Source of the DNA: Octopus sinensis
Lineage: Eukaryota
Assembly (NCBI RefSeq): GCF_006345805.1
Contig: NC_043004.1
Coordinates: 35,092,001-35,156,000 of the forward strand
Direction: 5' to 3'
DNA length: 64,000 bases
In this document: positions 24,088 through 36,985 of the stretch, one piece after another
Position numbering within the stretch: position 1 is the stretch's first letter
How the letters are laid out: every line of letters starts with the position of its first letter
Position numbers and translations under genes: made by a program
The notes under the pieces: generated by a model
Seen by the model: only the letters and a program-made list of their open reading frames with translations
What the model was told of the DNA's origin: nothing
Database searches by the model: none

Positions 24088-24685
24088 TTATATAAATATA
24101 TATATATATATGACTTAGATATGTTTCTAAAAAAGATTGCCCTAGGCCATATTAACTTAATAGCACCACCTGATAGGATTTACAAAATCCTTTTTAAGTC
24201 AAATTTTGTGCCATAATGGCCCATTTGAGTAGGAAGTTCTTATTGAGTTGTATCCAGGTATAGGTGGCTTCTATGTCCAAATTCCATTTAAAAGTAATGG
24301 GATTTTTATCGTGTGTTACTTATTTTGATACTCTATAAAACCCCAAATTTGATTTAATTTGCTTTGCAGGAGCAACTGTTTTATCGAAAGTGTATATTTG
24401 TTGTTAAATGCTCGAAATACAAGACTAGAGAAACAGCCAACAACTGATGAAGGGCCGTATTTTATGTTTGTTTTGTTTTCCATTTGGGTCTTTCATTATT
24501 CGAAAGAATAGTTCATGTTTCATGTATTCGTGTTTGTACTCTTTTGTTGTACACGTTTCATGACGTCCTGTGCCCACATATGCATATATATATAAATGTA
24601 TAGATGTAAGTATGTACATATGCATGTATATATTATTTATATTATTATATGATTGAATGCCACTCATCCTCTTCGAAGTAAGTTT

Positions 24686-24775
24686 TATCTATCTATATCT
24701 ATCTATCTATCTATTTCTATCTATCTATCTATCTCTATCTATCTATCTATCTCTATCTAACTATCTCTATCTATC

Positions 24776-24818
<43 letters not shown>

Positions 24819-24955
24819 CTATCTCTCTATCTCTATCTATCTATCTCTATCTCTATCTATCTATCTCTATCTATCTCTATCTATCTATCTATCTCTATCT
24901 ATCTATCTATCTCTCTATCTATGTCTGTCTATCTCTCTCTCTCTCTCTCTCTCTC

Positions 24956-24995
<40 letters not shown>
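24686..24995. repeat. Compound (TATC)/(TC)/(TA) microsatellite
   Basis: Visible directly in the sequence. It explains the pseudo-ORF 24657-25004. Confidence 0.95.
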
Positions 24996-24998
<3 letters not shown>

Positions 24999-25479
24999 GA
25001 ATAATTCTGATGTAAATCTTATGAAAGCAGAAGAGTTCATTATGAAATTACAGCCTAACACAATTTCATAGAACTGAATTTGGTTTCAAATAATAAATAA
25101 ATGGAAAGGAGTTGAAGCTAAAATAAAGATAGAGAAGTCAACAAAGTAGCTTCAATCAAACATTTTAACTGTCAAATGATAAACTATAACAATAGACAAT
25201 CCACCCAATCAAAGAGATTTATTCTCAGCAGTGTCAATTGGTTTTACCTGCAGGCAAATGTTTATATATTTCCTCACAGCACTGATATTACCATATTGTA
25301 AGTTAGTGCTTTACCTGTTCTCCCTGCTCTGTGATTTCAATTTAACTACTGATTTTTTTACCACAAAATTTTAATATATTTCATGAAGTACACCATTAAC
25401 CAACATTATGTGTGTGTATATATTTTCAGACTAGCATCTTTGCCCATAATTTCAGGCCTTGTATCTATTGTAGAAAGGA

Positions 25480-25516
25480 CTACTATTACATATATGTGGA
25501 TATATATATATATATG

Positions 25517-25581
<65 letters not shown>

Positions 25582-25716
25582 GTGTGTGTGTATGTTAGAG
25601 AGAAAGGGAAAAAAACCAAAAGAAATACACACACACTCATATCCACTCACATCTGTACACAGAAATGTATATCTGACCATATATCTGTTTTCAGCAACAC
25701 TGATATACACCATTCA

Positions 25717-25802
<86 letters not shown>

Positions 25803-26030
25803 GTCATATATTTACATATGTATACCTGTATGTATGATTCTTTGTATGTAGACACAACAAATATTACTATATGTGTGTATATATATGTATATATATAAAT
25901 GTGTGTGTGTGTATGTGTTTGTATATGTGTGTGTGTATGTGTTTGTATATATGTGTGTGTGTTTGTATATGTGTGTGTGTGTGTGTTTGTATATATGTGT
26001 ATGTGTGTTTGTATGTATGTATATATGTTG
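25480..26030. repeat. Cluster of (TA)n, (CA)n and TG-rich minisatellite
   Basis: Visible directly in the sequence. Confidence 0.9.
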
Positions 26031-26550
26031 CATTCCTCATTTGTGTGTCATCAGCTGTGCAAATATATAGAATCATCTTGTCTTCAGGCTGTTTGACAAC
26101 CCTAACACTTGCCTTCAATATGATAATCTTCCATTGACCTTTAGTTTTCTCCATTGAACTCTTTCTCAATGGAAAAACCGACCATACAGACACTCATTAA
26201 CATTGTTTGTGTGTTTTATTGTTGACTCACATCTTTGAACTGATTCCTACATCAAACGATCAGTCTGGGTCAAAATATGCCAGAGATGTATTTTTGAAAA
26301 ACCTTTTAACATTTAAATGTTCAGCTCTTTTTAATAGTTTTTAAGTATATTCATTCTGCTACAATCCGCTTAATGAAATCCAAAGAATCTCTTATTGAAA
26401 AGTCAGATCATTATATATACATACAATTTACATCGTGTATGTTTGCATATATATGTGTGTGTGTGTGTGTGTGTGGTGTGTGTGTGTGTATGCATTCATA
26501 TACGTATGTGTTTGTTTTCATATATGTATACACACACATCTATCTATCTA

Positions 26551-26604
<54 letters not shown>

Positions 26605-28675
26605 AAGATTCTATTCAAAGCCATGCAAACTTATGAACTCATCACTAAGTCACATTCTAAAAGTAGCAAAAATAAATTCACAAAAAATGTATTTTCCTTT
26701 TATAGCCTTTCCTTTTCTATGTTTACTTTGAAGGAAAACCTTTGCAAATGACCCTGTTACGTCTGTGTTTGCCCATGTGACAGGTGGTCATTTTATACGG
26801 ATTTTAATCTCCACTCTCTCAATCAAAACTGACAATTAAAATAGAGAATTAAAAGCAAATACTACATTTTGTATAAGTACAAAAACTTTAATAAAAAGCT
26901 GGATTGGGTTTATGACTATTCTGTCTGTAGAAACTGTGAAATATTCTATGTCAATTGCTACTTTAGAAAACGAGAATCTTCAAAATATGGTTGGTCAGCT
27001 AAATGTGTTTAATAACTGCCATTAAAAGAGTTTGGAATATGTTGGTAGTGTTATTTAAGTGGTTTTTGCATTGTTGAATACCAGAGATTCCAGCTGCCAT
27101 GAGACAAAACTACCAAGGCAAAATGTAACATTCAATTTAAACACACACACACACACACAAAAGACAATGACACATACATGATCATAAATAACAAACTTAT
27201 CAAAATACATAACATGTGCTTTTCTCTAGACTATCTGTTCCTTCCTCTTTTTCCTCTTCTCTGAACTTCATCTTTCTAATGAAGACTTATGCTTGAATAC
27301 CTATTTTGGGGAGTTGTAAATAAAGCAATTAAAATTTTCTACATTTTTCATACCAACAACAACAAGCTGCATCAGATTATATTCATTATACATATATTTT
27401 TTTAATGAACCTTTATTTAGAATTCCTGTATTCAGCGTTAATCAGACAAATTCTTGGTGTTCTCTATTATTTATGTCAAAATTCAAATTGTCAGTCTTTT
27501 GTCATATTTTCTTTTATGGAACTTTCAAAGCCAACATGCCTTTTTTTACAACAAGGCTGGGATAACATTTGAAATTTAGTTATATGATTAAGACATTTTT
27601 ATAAATGATAGCACTTCCTCTATCTAAGCACAAAATTTTGAAATGGCATTGTTTCAATTGTGAAGTCAGTAGCAGATTAACTGATAGACATTGGATTATA
27701 AGAGAGACAGTGGCAGGATTTTGGTACTTGGAATTTTTACTTCACTGACTTTTTGTGTTTTTTCACTATTACTGTCTTTTTCTTCTCTTTGAGAAGTGAC
27801 ATGTGACAGACTCTTCTCCCATCCAAAAGAAAATGTCTTCTCCACCTCCTCCTACCTAATTACAAAACAGAAGAAGCTCAGAGTGTATTCAATCAAAAAA
27901 TTTAATAATTCTCTTAAATACTCCATGTATCCATGACATCAAAACTGACATCTATTTCAATTAAAGTTCACAAGATTCAACTTCAATTTTACATTTCAGA
28001 AATAAATTTTCTTTATACCGAAAAAATTTCAACTCTCTTTTCATAATTTTCTTCTTGTTTAATTACTCTACAATTTAATCACTGCAGATAACATGATGCA
28101 CCGGGCATATTATTTTGCAGTTCATTGTGTGAATGTAGGATGAGAGAAATGATAGAGAGCCAGACAAAATAGTCTTCACTGCATTCTCATTTCAAATATT
28201 CCTGGCATTACGTTGTATTTTATCTGTTTGTGGAGGAAAAAGGTAAGTACCAGGTAGCTGACATAACCAACTCTATTAACAATATGCTTCACTCATAAAT
28301 TTGTATCTTTCTTACTGATGTGTGTCTGTATCTCTATATGTATGTCACTCACATGCCGTCACATGCACACACACACCATCGCATGCACACACACACATGC
28401 ACACACCATCATCATCATTTAACTTTTGTTTTCCATGTTGGCAAGGGTTGGATGGTTTGATTGAAAACTGGTAAGCAAGTTTCAATCTGTATGTATGTAT
28501 GTATGTCATTATTCAGTTTTATTTCAAGATTTCTTGCCAATAGAGAGCCAGTTTCTAACCTAGATTCAAAGCTCCTTCATTGAAATTTCAACATCAACAA
28601 CATGGTATTTTTGTTTGTATGTATGTATGTATGTATGCATATGTGGAGATTTGTATGTTTTGTTTTATGTATGTA

Positions 28676-30294
28676 CTAGCATTATGACCTGTCGTTGCCG
28701 GGTCATAGTGCTAGTGCATGTATATATGTGTATATATATATATATATGTACATATTACATGTATATACATATATATATATACATCTACACATAAAATACA
28801 AAATACAAAGTTATATCAGGATATCGCTAGTGATAACAATACTCAAAATATATAACAGACTTGAATTGTAGGCCCGTCTCGCAATTTCGATCAATTGTAT
28901 CTTGTCCTCCCACTTGTATAGAAGTGTGGCTACAATCCAGCCTACCCCTATTTCTAGGGGGGGACATTTAAAATTTTTATCTGAGCCGTCCTACGTCCCA
29001 GATATAAAGGTAAAAGTAAAATATTTCCACTTTGCAAGGTTCGGGTCAGGTACTCCCTTGCCCGCTCCGTTGACTCGAACCTTGCTTCTATTGTGGCGAA
29101 CTTACCGCCTCTGGTTAGATACATGATATCTTTCATAGTCGCACCAAGACACTTTTCGATGGTGCTTTCCTCCAGGTGTTCAAATCTTTTTTTTCTCTAC
29201 ATTGTATACTTTATAGACAATAGTCTTTTCTTTAATTTAATTTTTTATTTCATTTGGTGGTGTTATCCTAGATTCACCATCTTTGTCAGTGATCAATCCA
29301 AAATAGATTTGTATTTCTTCCATTTTTATTTTAATGAGTTCACACCCGCCAACGGCTGCAGCGAAATTCATTTTTGGACTTTCTTCTATTGAAGGCATTT
29401 TAACAAAAATGCATCCATATAAATGGTGAAAATATTGTCAATTTCCCCAAACAGGGACACAATTCAATTTTTAAACAATAACCAAAGTTCATTCTCCCAA
29501 AGGAAGGGGGGGTTACGGTTTACAATTATTTAACAAATGCAACACAACAATGTTTCCCTTTCGAGGAACCAATAAACGTGATAACAATAGTTAAACAGTA
29601 ATAATAATAATAACAACAAACCTTATGGTGAATCAAAAAGCAGTACGCAGTTGAAGCTATAGTCCTTTATGTATTAGAAATAAACCAACAGCAGTACTCA
29701 GTAGAAGCGGCTGTTTGACATTACATACAGCCAAACTTCATATAGATACTTAATGCTAGCTAATTAGCAGATAATCTAATGTAAAAGCCGTGGTAAAGAG
29801 TATGTGCACAGCTCCATCTGGACTATTCCATTTCTGTACACTAATTTTATTTTTAATTTATTCCCATTCAAGTGAAACCACTTATTCAAGTTCAAGTCAT
29901 TGATGCAATTTTATACCAATCGCTATTTTTACTTTTGTTATGTTATGATTTAATTATTATATTATACTTTAGTTTGATTTTAATTATTACTTACTACATA
30001 TAATTCAATTGCTATTATTATCTCTAATTTTTATTGTTAAAGTGAAAGTATCTGACATAAAATAGAGAAATGTTTCTGTTTCACTTTTAACACGTAATAC
30101 TGAAATAGTGGAGAAGATATGATATTGCTATGGGCTCACTTTAGGCAAGAAGTTGAAAATTTTTTTGCCCATGAAACTACATGGACCCTAAGTAAGGCAT
30201 GTGTAAAATTTGAATGAAATTGGTTGTGTAGTTCTCAAGTTTTAGGGAAACACACAGACAGACAGACACATTCTCTGGTTTATATATAGAGAGA
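28676..30294 (-). mobile_element. Non-autonomous Helitron (1619 bp)
   Basis: The minus-strand 5' end is TCTCTCTATATATAAAACC...gtctgtctgtctg; the 3' end is a hairpin followed by CTAG. It is inserted between A and T with no TSD. The rejoined flanks atgtatgta|ttctcatgcatatag match the uninterrupted paralog at 31644-31670. Confidence 0.85.
28860..29345 (-). pseudogene. LINE ORF1-like fragment (probably Tx1 clade) inside the Helitron
   Basis: Translates as MNFAAAVG...FWITDKDGESRITPPNEIKN*IKEKTIVYKVYNVEK/RFEHLEESTIEKCLGATMKDIMYLTRGGKFATIEARFESTERAREY...LLLPLYLGRRTAQIKILNVPP. The family call is from recalled similarity and has not been searched. Confidence 0.55.
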
Positions 30295-30468
30295 TTCTCA
30301 TGCATATAGTTACATATCTAGACATGCTCATATATATTCAAATGATAAACTTCCGGAAAGTTTTACAGAATTTTACAGTTCCAGTGATAGATTAGATCTG
30401 TAGTCTTCAAATTAGTTTTCTCCTTTCTGGTTTTGAGAAGCCTAATTTTCTCAATATTGGTATTTAAG
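30295..30468 (-). repeat. ~170-bp dispersed repeat (probable Penelope-like 3' region), paralog of 31653-31815
   Basis: ttctcatgcatatagttacatatctagac...gataaacttccggaaagttttacag...ttttgagaagcctaatt occurs twice in direct orientation. Confidence 0.75.
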
Positions 30469-30618
30469 CAGTGTTACATATCCCAGGGCCCCAATAATTA
30501 CAGGTATAAACCTGAACTTGTAATCTGGATAGAGTAACTGAAGATTGTATATATGCCTGCAAGTGTGTGTGTGTGTGTGTACCCCCACCAAAGCTCATAC
30601 AAATAATCATGTATATTA

Positions 30619-31164
30619 TCTATAATATAAATTGAACATGGGCGATCATTGTATTCTTTCTTGTCTTGAGGTTCACAGCCAAATGGCTTGGTGGATTCGC
30701 ATGAAAAATGGCACATATGTGGAGATGGGTGCATAGATTGGAATGCGGTTTGTTTGTTTTCTCGCCCCCCCCCCATACTTACCGAGAAAATTGATTAAAA
30801 CTTTGCTAATGGAATTCCCTGTTTATTCTACCATTAAAACAACCAGTTGCTCACACAGCCGGCATATACCATTTTGCTAGCAACCAAGTAAGTACAGGAT
30901 GACAGCTATGCTGTCTCTCTTTCACCTCTTTGTGGGGTTAATAACCTTAATCTTTAGTTACAGTTTCTCATTCAAACTACATAATAGGCAGAGTTGTCAG
31001 ATTAAGACAGTGGGGGTGTTTTGAGGGAGATTTGGCTGTTATTTTTACCAGATCTAGCTACATTGTAGAGATCTGAACTTAATTTTCATTCACATATACC
31101 TAACCGAAAACGATCACAGCCACATCATCCAAACAGACCGGATGAAACCGGGCTTAGCTGCTAG
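30619..31164 (+). mobile_element. Putative non-autonomous Helitron (546 bp)
   Basis: Starts A|TCTATAATATAAA, then cacagccaaatggcttggtggattcgcatgaaa. Ends with the hairpin ccggatgaaaccgg (31138-31151) and CTAG|T. Confidence 0.55.
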
Positions 31165-31904
31165 TATATATATAAACATCACATAATTCAAAAGAAAGCA
31201 GGTTTGGTTTGCCAGCCAGAGCAGCAGAAACCTGTAATTTTGATTAATGATATTTTCGGTTAAAATGTATTACAAAATACTTTACCACAAATTGTTGCTG
31301 AATGATCCACAGTCAGCATCCAAGGAATTTTTATGAAGAAATGAAAATAGGTTCAGAAAAAATTTGTCTGCTATTGGACAAATCTTAACAATTCAAAGAA
31401 ACATTGGAAAAGTTACAGCTAAAAGTTCATCAATACTCTGGCTATTTGTAGACATTTTATAAACTTTTGACTCTGCCAATTGAAGTACAATGAAGAAAAT
31501 TCATTTACTTTGACTGACAAGAAATAATAGCAGTAGTAATGATAATTTGCAAGAACACAAGAGCTAAAATAGAATCACCTGATGGAAGGAGATACACATA
31601 CTCACACACACACACACACACACACACACATAAATATATACATATGTATGTATTTTCATGCATATAGTTGCATATGTAGACATGTTCATATATATTTAAA
31701 TGATAAACTTCTGGAAAGTTTTACAGATTTTTACTGTTCCAGTGATGGATTGCATCTGTAGTCTTCAAGTTAGCTTTCTCCTTCCTGGTTTTTGAGAAGC
31801 TTAATTTCTCAAGGTTGTTAAAAGAAACACAGAACACCTCAGAGAAAGGCAAAATGAAACTACCCTGGAAGTGATCAAGAATGACGGATATTGATATTTT
31901 GCAG

Positions 31905-32190
31905 TTTGGGGCTTAGTGGTTTGGGTATTCTGCTTATAATCTTAAGATCATGAGCTCAATTCCTTGAGGTGCAAGACACTTTATTTTCTGTTGCTTCAAT
32001 CATGAGTTGTCTCAGAAATTCAAAGGGTCAACTTTGTCACATTCTGTGTCACACTGCACCTTCTTCAGAACTACATTAAGAGTATGTGTCTGTGGAGTGT
32101 TCAACCACTTGCAAGTTGATTTCATGAGCAGGCTGTTCTGTTGATCAGATCAACTGGAACCCTCAACATCATAACCAATGGTGTGCCAGT
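31905..32190 (+). mobile_element. tRNA-derived SINE, family E
   Basis: A-box-like tggggcttagtggtt and B-box-like gagctcaattcc, followed by a GC-richer body ending ccaatggtgtgccagt. Confidence 0.55.
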
Positions 32191-34715
32191 TTCATATTCA
32201 TCCCACATCCAAAATGAAATCAAAATCACCAGCTAGAATTACATACAATTCGTGTAAACTCTCTCTATTTGCTGATGTGCAACAGAGTTCAGAAACAGAC
32301 AGACATTATGTGAAATTGATGATGTTCACACTATGGAGTTGCATCTAAATCAATATTTGAATTTTATTCTACTTGTGCAATACTTTGCAAGCATCTAGAT
32401 TTCACAATAAATGCATATACTATTGGCTGGTGATTTCGATTTTGTTTCAGAAGTGGGCTGTGTATAGAGCACTGCTGAGCAGCACAAACTGCAAAACAAT
32501 ATTTGTTGTTATCACTCACCACCAGGGCAGTTTTGTTTCACATACCTTTCTAATATACTGTGTTTGCCAACACTACACATCTCTAAAGGGATCTTTCTCA
32601 CTCTTAGAATCATTCAACAGCACACACATTATCAATTATATTGATAATATATACATACATATTTGTATACATCAGCAGCAAGCACCAGTTGATGTCCATC
32701 TTCCATACTAGTATAGACTGGGCAATTTGACAGGATCCAATGCATGCAAAATCAACAACACGTCCCAATGTCTGCTTTGGCAAGCTCTCTACAGCTGGAT
32801 GCCCTGCCTAATGCCAACCACTTCACAGCATGTATTGGGTACTCTTTTCATGCCAACAGCAGTAGTGAGGTAACCATGCAGCATGCAAGACTGCTCATTC
32901 CAAGAGAGGTTGTTTTATGCTTGGAGATAAGAGGAAGTGTTTGAGAGAAAGGGATAGAGCAGAACAGGGACCTTATTGTAGAGAAGTTTTGGAATGATCA
33001 GGGTTGAGTTGGGAAGAGATAAAAGTATTGGGGATGAGGTGCCAGGGCAAGTCTTCAAGGTAAGTGGAAGTGAGTGGGAACAGAAGTGGGAGTGGGTAGA
33101 GGCTACAAGAGTGTATAGGAGAAGGAGAGATTGGAATGGGTGGAGAGGTGAATATAATGAACAACAAATGTGGTGTGTTGAGGAGTGGAGATAAATATAT
33201 TTATATTTATTTATCTATCAGTCTCAGTGTGTGTGTACAGACCACACAGAAAAACGGAAAAAATTAAAAAAAAAAAAACATGAATGGAAAAGGTTGGATC
33301 AGATCTGAAGAATTTGGGCCTCAAAGAAGAAATGATGAAAGATTGGCATGTGTGATATCATATGTTGTATAATAATTTCATTCATTCTATGCCAGTAATG
33401 GAAAATACGTGCAAAACTTTTTATGGTAATGGTATTGATGCTGACATGAATGCATGCATTCGGTTTTTCACGTGTGTGTGTGTGTGTGTGTGTGTGCACA
33501 AGTGTGAGTATGTGTTATAAAGGTAGAGAGAAAAGATGTGAGCAACGGATAAGCTGATAGATAAACAGCTTTGTCGGTATGAAGATCAAAATGCACAACA
33601 TTTCAAAGATGCACAATTTTAAGAAAATGAAGACACTATAATCTTCTCCAAGAAATGATTTATACCAGGAAGGAGCTATGTCCTGAAGAAAAGGCCAACT
33701 TGGCATAGTCTTATGCTGTATAAAAAAATAAAATTGTTCAAGAACTGAATACTGAAGAAAAATACAGCAGTTGAAGTGTTTATTTGTTTCTTCCAATGCC
33801 AAGTTGAAAATAATCGGTATTGTTAGAAACACAAGAATGTTTGGATTCTAAACGAAATAAAGAATCACTTTGTCATTTGTCAGCCAGTGGGTCGGTGCCA
33901 ATTCCTTCTTTATATTTTATTTTATTTTATTTCACACTGTCTTTGATTTAACTATTTTTTGTTTTTGTTTGTTTAGATTTTTACTTCCTTTCAGTAATGT
34001 GAAACTAAGACAGATTTTTCAATGATTTTAGTTCTTTCATATCAAATATCTTGCTGGAAAGTTTTGAGGGGGGTTTTTTGCCAAGAAAAGAAATAATAGA
34101 ACTAGAATGTGTGTGTGTGTGCGTGTGAGTATTTCTTTGAGTATGTGTATCTGTATTATGACTGAAAAGTTAATAATGGCAGTTGTTCATAAATGGCAGC
34201 AACAAATGCAACAGAAATAACACAAACAAAAATTACCATAACATTAACATCAATCACAATTTTAAAGAAGAACATTAGCAATTTCTTACAAGATCAGTTT
34301 TCTAGAAGGATGGAGATAGTCAACAAAATTTTTCTTTCACAAATTAGTGATATTTATTTTATCAAATCAAGGAAAATGGAGATCAAGGTTAAATTCTAGC
34401 GTTTGAACACTGGAAGAAAAAGTAGAGTAATGCAGTTAATTTGGTTGTATAATTTTTGATGATTTCACTGCTTTAAAATACTTATATTGAAATATATATA
34501 TTTTTGCCAAAACATTTGATATCAAATCATTTAGATATTTTTTACTTGATTTAAGCCTGTAACTACCAACACTGACACTACAAGTTTATATAGTGCAAAA
34601 TACTAGGTTAATAGATTACTATATATTCTTTTATACATTTCGGTCCTAAGGTGGCCATGTTGGTGCACCACCACTACACATATGTAAGAGGATATATATA
34701 TATATATATATATAT

Positions 34716-34858
34716 CTACACTCTCGGAGTGGTTGGCGTTAGGAAGGGCATCCAGCTGTAGAAACTCTGCCAGATCAGACTGCAGTCTGGTTCGCCAGAC
34801 CTCAGTCAAATCGTCCAACCCATGCTAGCATGGAAAGCGGACATTAAATGATGATGAT
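34716..34858 (+). mobile_element. Family B retroposon, 5'-truncated
   Basis: ctacactctcggagtggttggcgttaggaagggcatccagc...ccatgctagcatggaaagcggacattaaatgatgatgat. Confidence 0.88.
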
Positions 34859-34889
34859 ATATACATATATACATATATATATATATATT

Positions 34890-35105
34890 TTTTTTAATGT
34901 AATTTTGGTAAATATGTTAAAATGAGATATCAGTGTTATTTTCATTTTTGCATAATTCAGATGACAATTCATTCACCACATCCTGTATATATATATATAT
35001 ATATATATACAGGATGTGGTGAATGAATTGTCATCTGAATTATGCAAAAATGAAAATAACACTGATATCTCATTTTAACATATTTACCAAAATTACATTA
35101 AAAAA
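34890..35105. repeat. Perfect 216-bp palindrome centred on (TA)12
   Basis: 34890-34985 is the exact reverse complement of 35010-35105. Confidence 0.95.
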
Positions 35106-35822
35106 TCTTGAAATACCAAAGAGTAAATTTATTCAATAAAATTGCCATTTGCTTCAACCACACCCCCCAGACGGCTTCGGAAACTCCTGCAACTCTTCTA
35201 GATGGCCTCCTTGTTTAAGTTGGTGAATGCTGCCATAATATTTGCCTTCAGTTCATCTTTGGTATTACAAGGAGTTTTGTTGGTCTCTTGCTCAACTATG
35301 CCTGATACATAATAATCAAGGGTGATGCAGTCTGGGGAGTTACGTGATCAGATGTTAGGAGTGATGTGGTCGCAGAAATTGTCTGACATCCATGACTGGG
35401 TTCTCCTGCTTGTGTGGCATGGTGCAGAGTCCTGTTGCCAGATATAGGGTCTTCCAGCAGCCACCCTCTTGACCCAGGGCAGCACTACCTCCTCCAGGCA
35501 CGTGATGTAGGCCTCTATGCTGAATCGGAGGCTGATGAATGGATGCATAATGTCACCATCACTAGTGATCACTTTCAGTACATGTCCTCAGATAGACACC
35601 CAAACACTCTGAAATGTTCATATTGGAGCTTCCAGTGTGAATGCCAAGCAGTACAGCATGTTGTTTCCAAATTTCTGGCAGAGTGAATTGTGTCATGGTG
35701 CTGTTTTTCTCACAGACTGTATCCAACTGACCCTATTATATTGTGTATTTGACAAAATCAAAAACAATGTGCATACACAGATATAAAATATATAACTGTG
35801 ACCGTTTACTCATCACACCTTG
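35010..35822 (-). mobile_element. Internally deleted DD37D (maT-type) Tc1/mariner element
   Basis: Degenerate TIRs caggatgtggtgaatgaattgtc and gaccgtttactcatcacaccttg, each flanked by TA. The translation YIWQQDSAPCHTSRRTQSWMSDNFCDHITPNI*SRNSPDCITLDYY has 37 residues between the last two Ds. Confidence 0.88.
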
Positions 35823-35913
35823 TATGTATATATATATATACATACACACACACACACACATATATATATTTATATACACACACATATATACGCACACACA
35901 TATATATGCACAC

Positions 35914-35948
<35 letters not shown>

Positions 35949-35962
35949 TATATATATACACA

Positions 35963-36013
<51 letters not shown>

Positions 36014-36429
36014 TTAGATAGACAGACAGACAAATAGGTAGATATGTGTGTGTATTCAGGTATATGTTTGTGTCCCTCTCCTACAAGGATATAGTTTCAT
36101 GTGATTAGCAGTCATCTCACTTTGGCCTGTTACTAGGTACAAATTATGGAGACTCAAAGAGTGGTAACTATTATGTACTAGCATTTATCACAATAATCCA
36201 AAGATACACAGATGAATCTTTATGGAGACATCCTTTGTTGATCCATTTATTGAAGTCCTATGGTGAAGGAAGAGCGGTCACATGTGCAGACCTAACCAGT
36301 TGTGAGGACAAAGTAAGTCACAATTTTCATCTGTCACTTATGCTTCAAGCTGTAGCAGGACTGAATAGCCATCTGAGTGGTCATGGATGGAAAGCCTGAA
36401 ATGCCATTGACAGGACAGGTCACCTCAAG

Positions 36430-36985
36430 CACAACATATTGCCAGTCATCTTAGTTCCCTCGTCACCTCCTCTGAGAGGTTCTACATCTTGAGGTCTATC
36501 TTCATCACTTCATCCCACATCTTCTTAGGTCTCTGTCTTTCACAAGTTCCTTCCATGTTTAGCAATAAGCACTTCTTTATACAGCTGTTCTTATCCATTC
36601 ACATCACATGACCCGGTACCAGTTCAATCTTCTCCCCTTCATAACAATTCCGAGGCCTCTTAAGTTCAATTTTTTCCTCTGCACATTTGTACTTTGTCAC
36701 GAATGCACGCTGACATTGCTCATCCATCACAACATGTTAGTTTCATTTCTCTCTAGTCTTCACTTCTCTACTCTACATTCACACCCAAATCTCACAACCA
36801 TGTAGCATTGCTGTTCATACTCAGACATTATACAATCTGCCGTTCACTCTGAGAGAGAAGTCTTTTGTTACCGATAAAACTAAAGTTCCCTAAACTTTCC
36901 CCAACCCATTCTTATTGCAGCAACTACACTTTCAGAGTATCCTATGCCACTGGTAATTAAGCCACCTACGTAACAGAAGCGATCA
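36430..36985 (-). mobile_element. RTE-clade LINE, 3' fragment
   Basis: Translates as KDFSLRVNGRLYNV*V*TAMLHGCEIW...GHVM*MDKNSCIKKC...EGTCERQRPKKMWDEVMKIDL, the typical RTE C-terminus. Confidence 0.8.

Noticed and set aside
24420-24670. CTGATGAAGGG at about 24445, a possible hammerhead start
   Set aside because: No complementary stem II strand followed by GAAA-N...NUH could be found at a plausible distance. The region may be a PLE tail, but the ribozyme cannot be supported.
36360-36450. RTE 3' end as the donor of the family B (TGA)n tail
   Set aside because: This is plausible from general knowledge, but this RTE copy's 3' end is too decayed to show shared sequence in the window.
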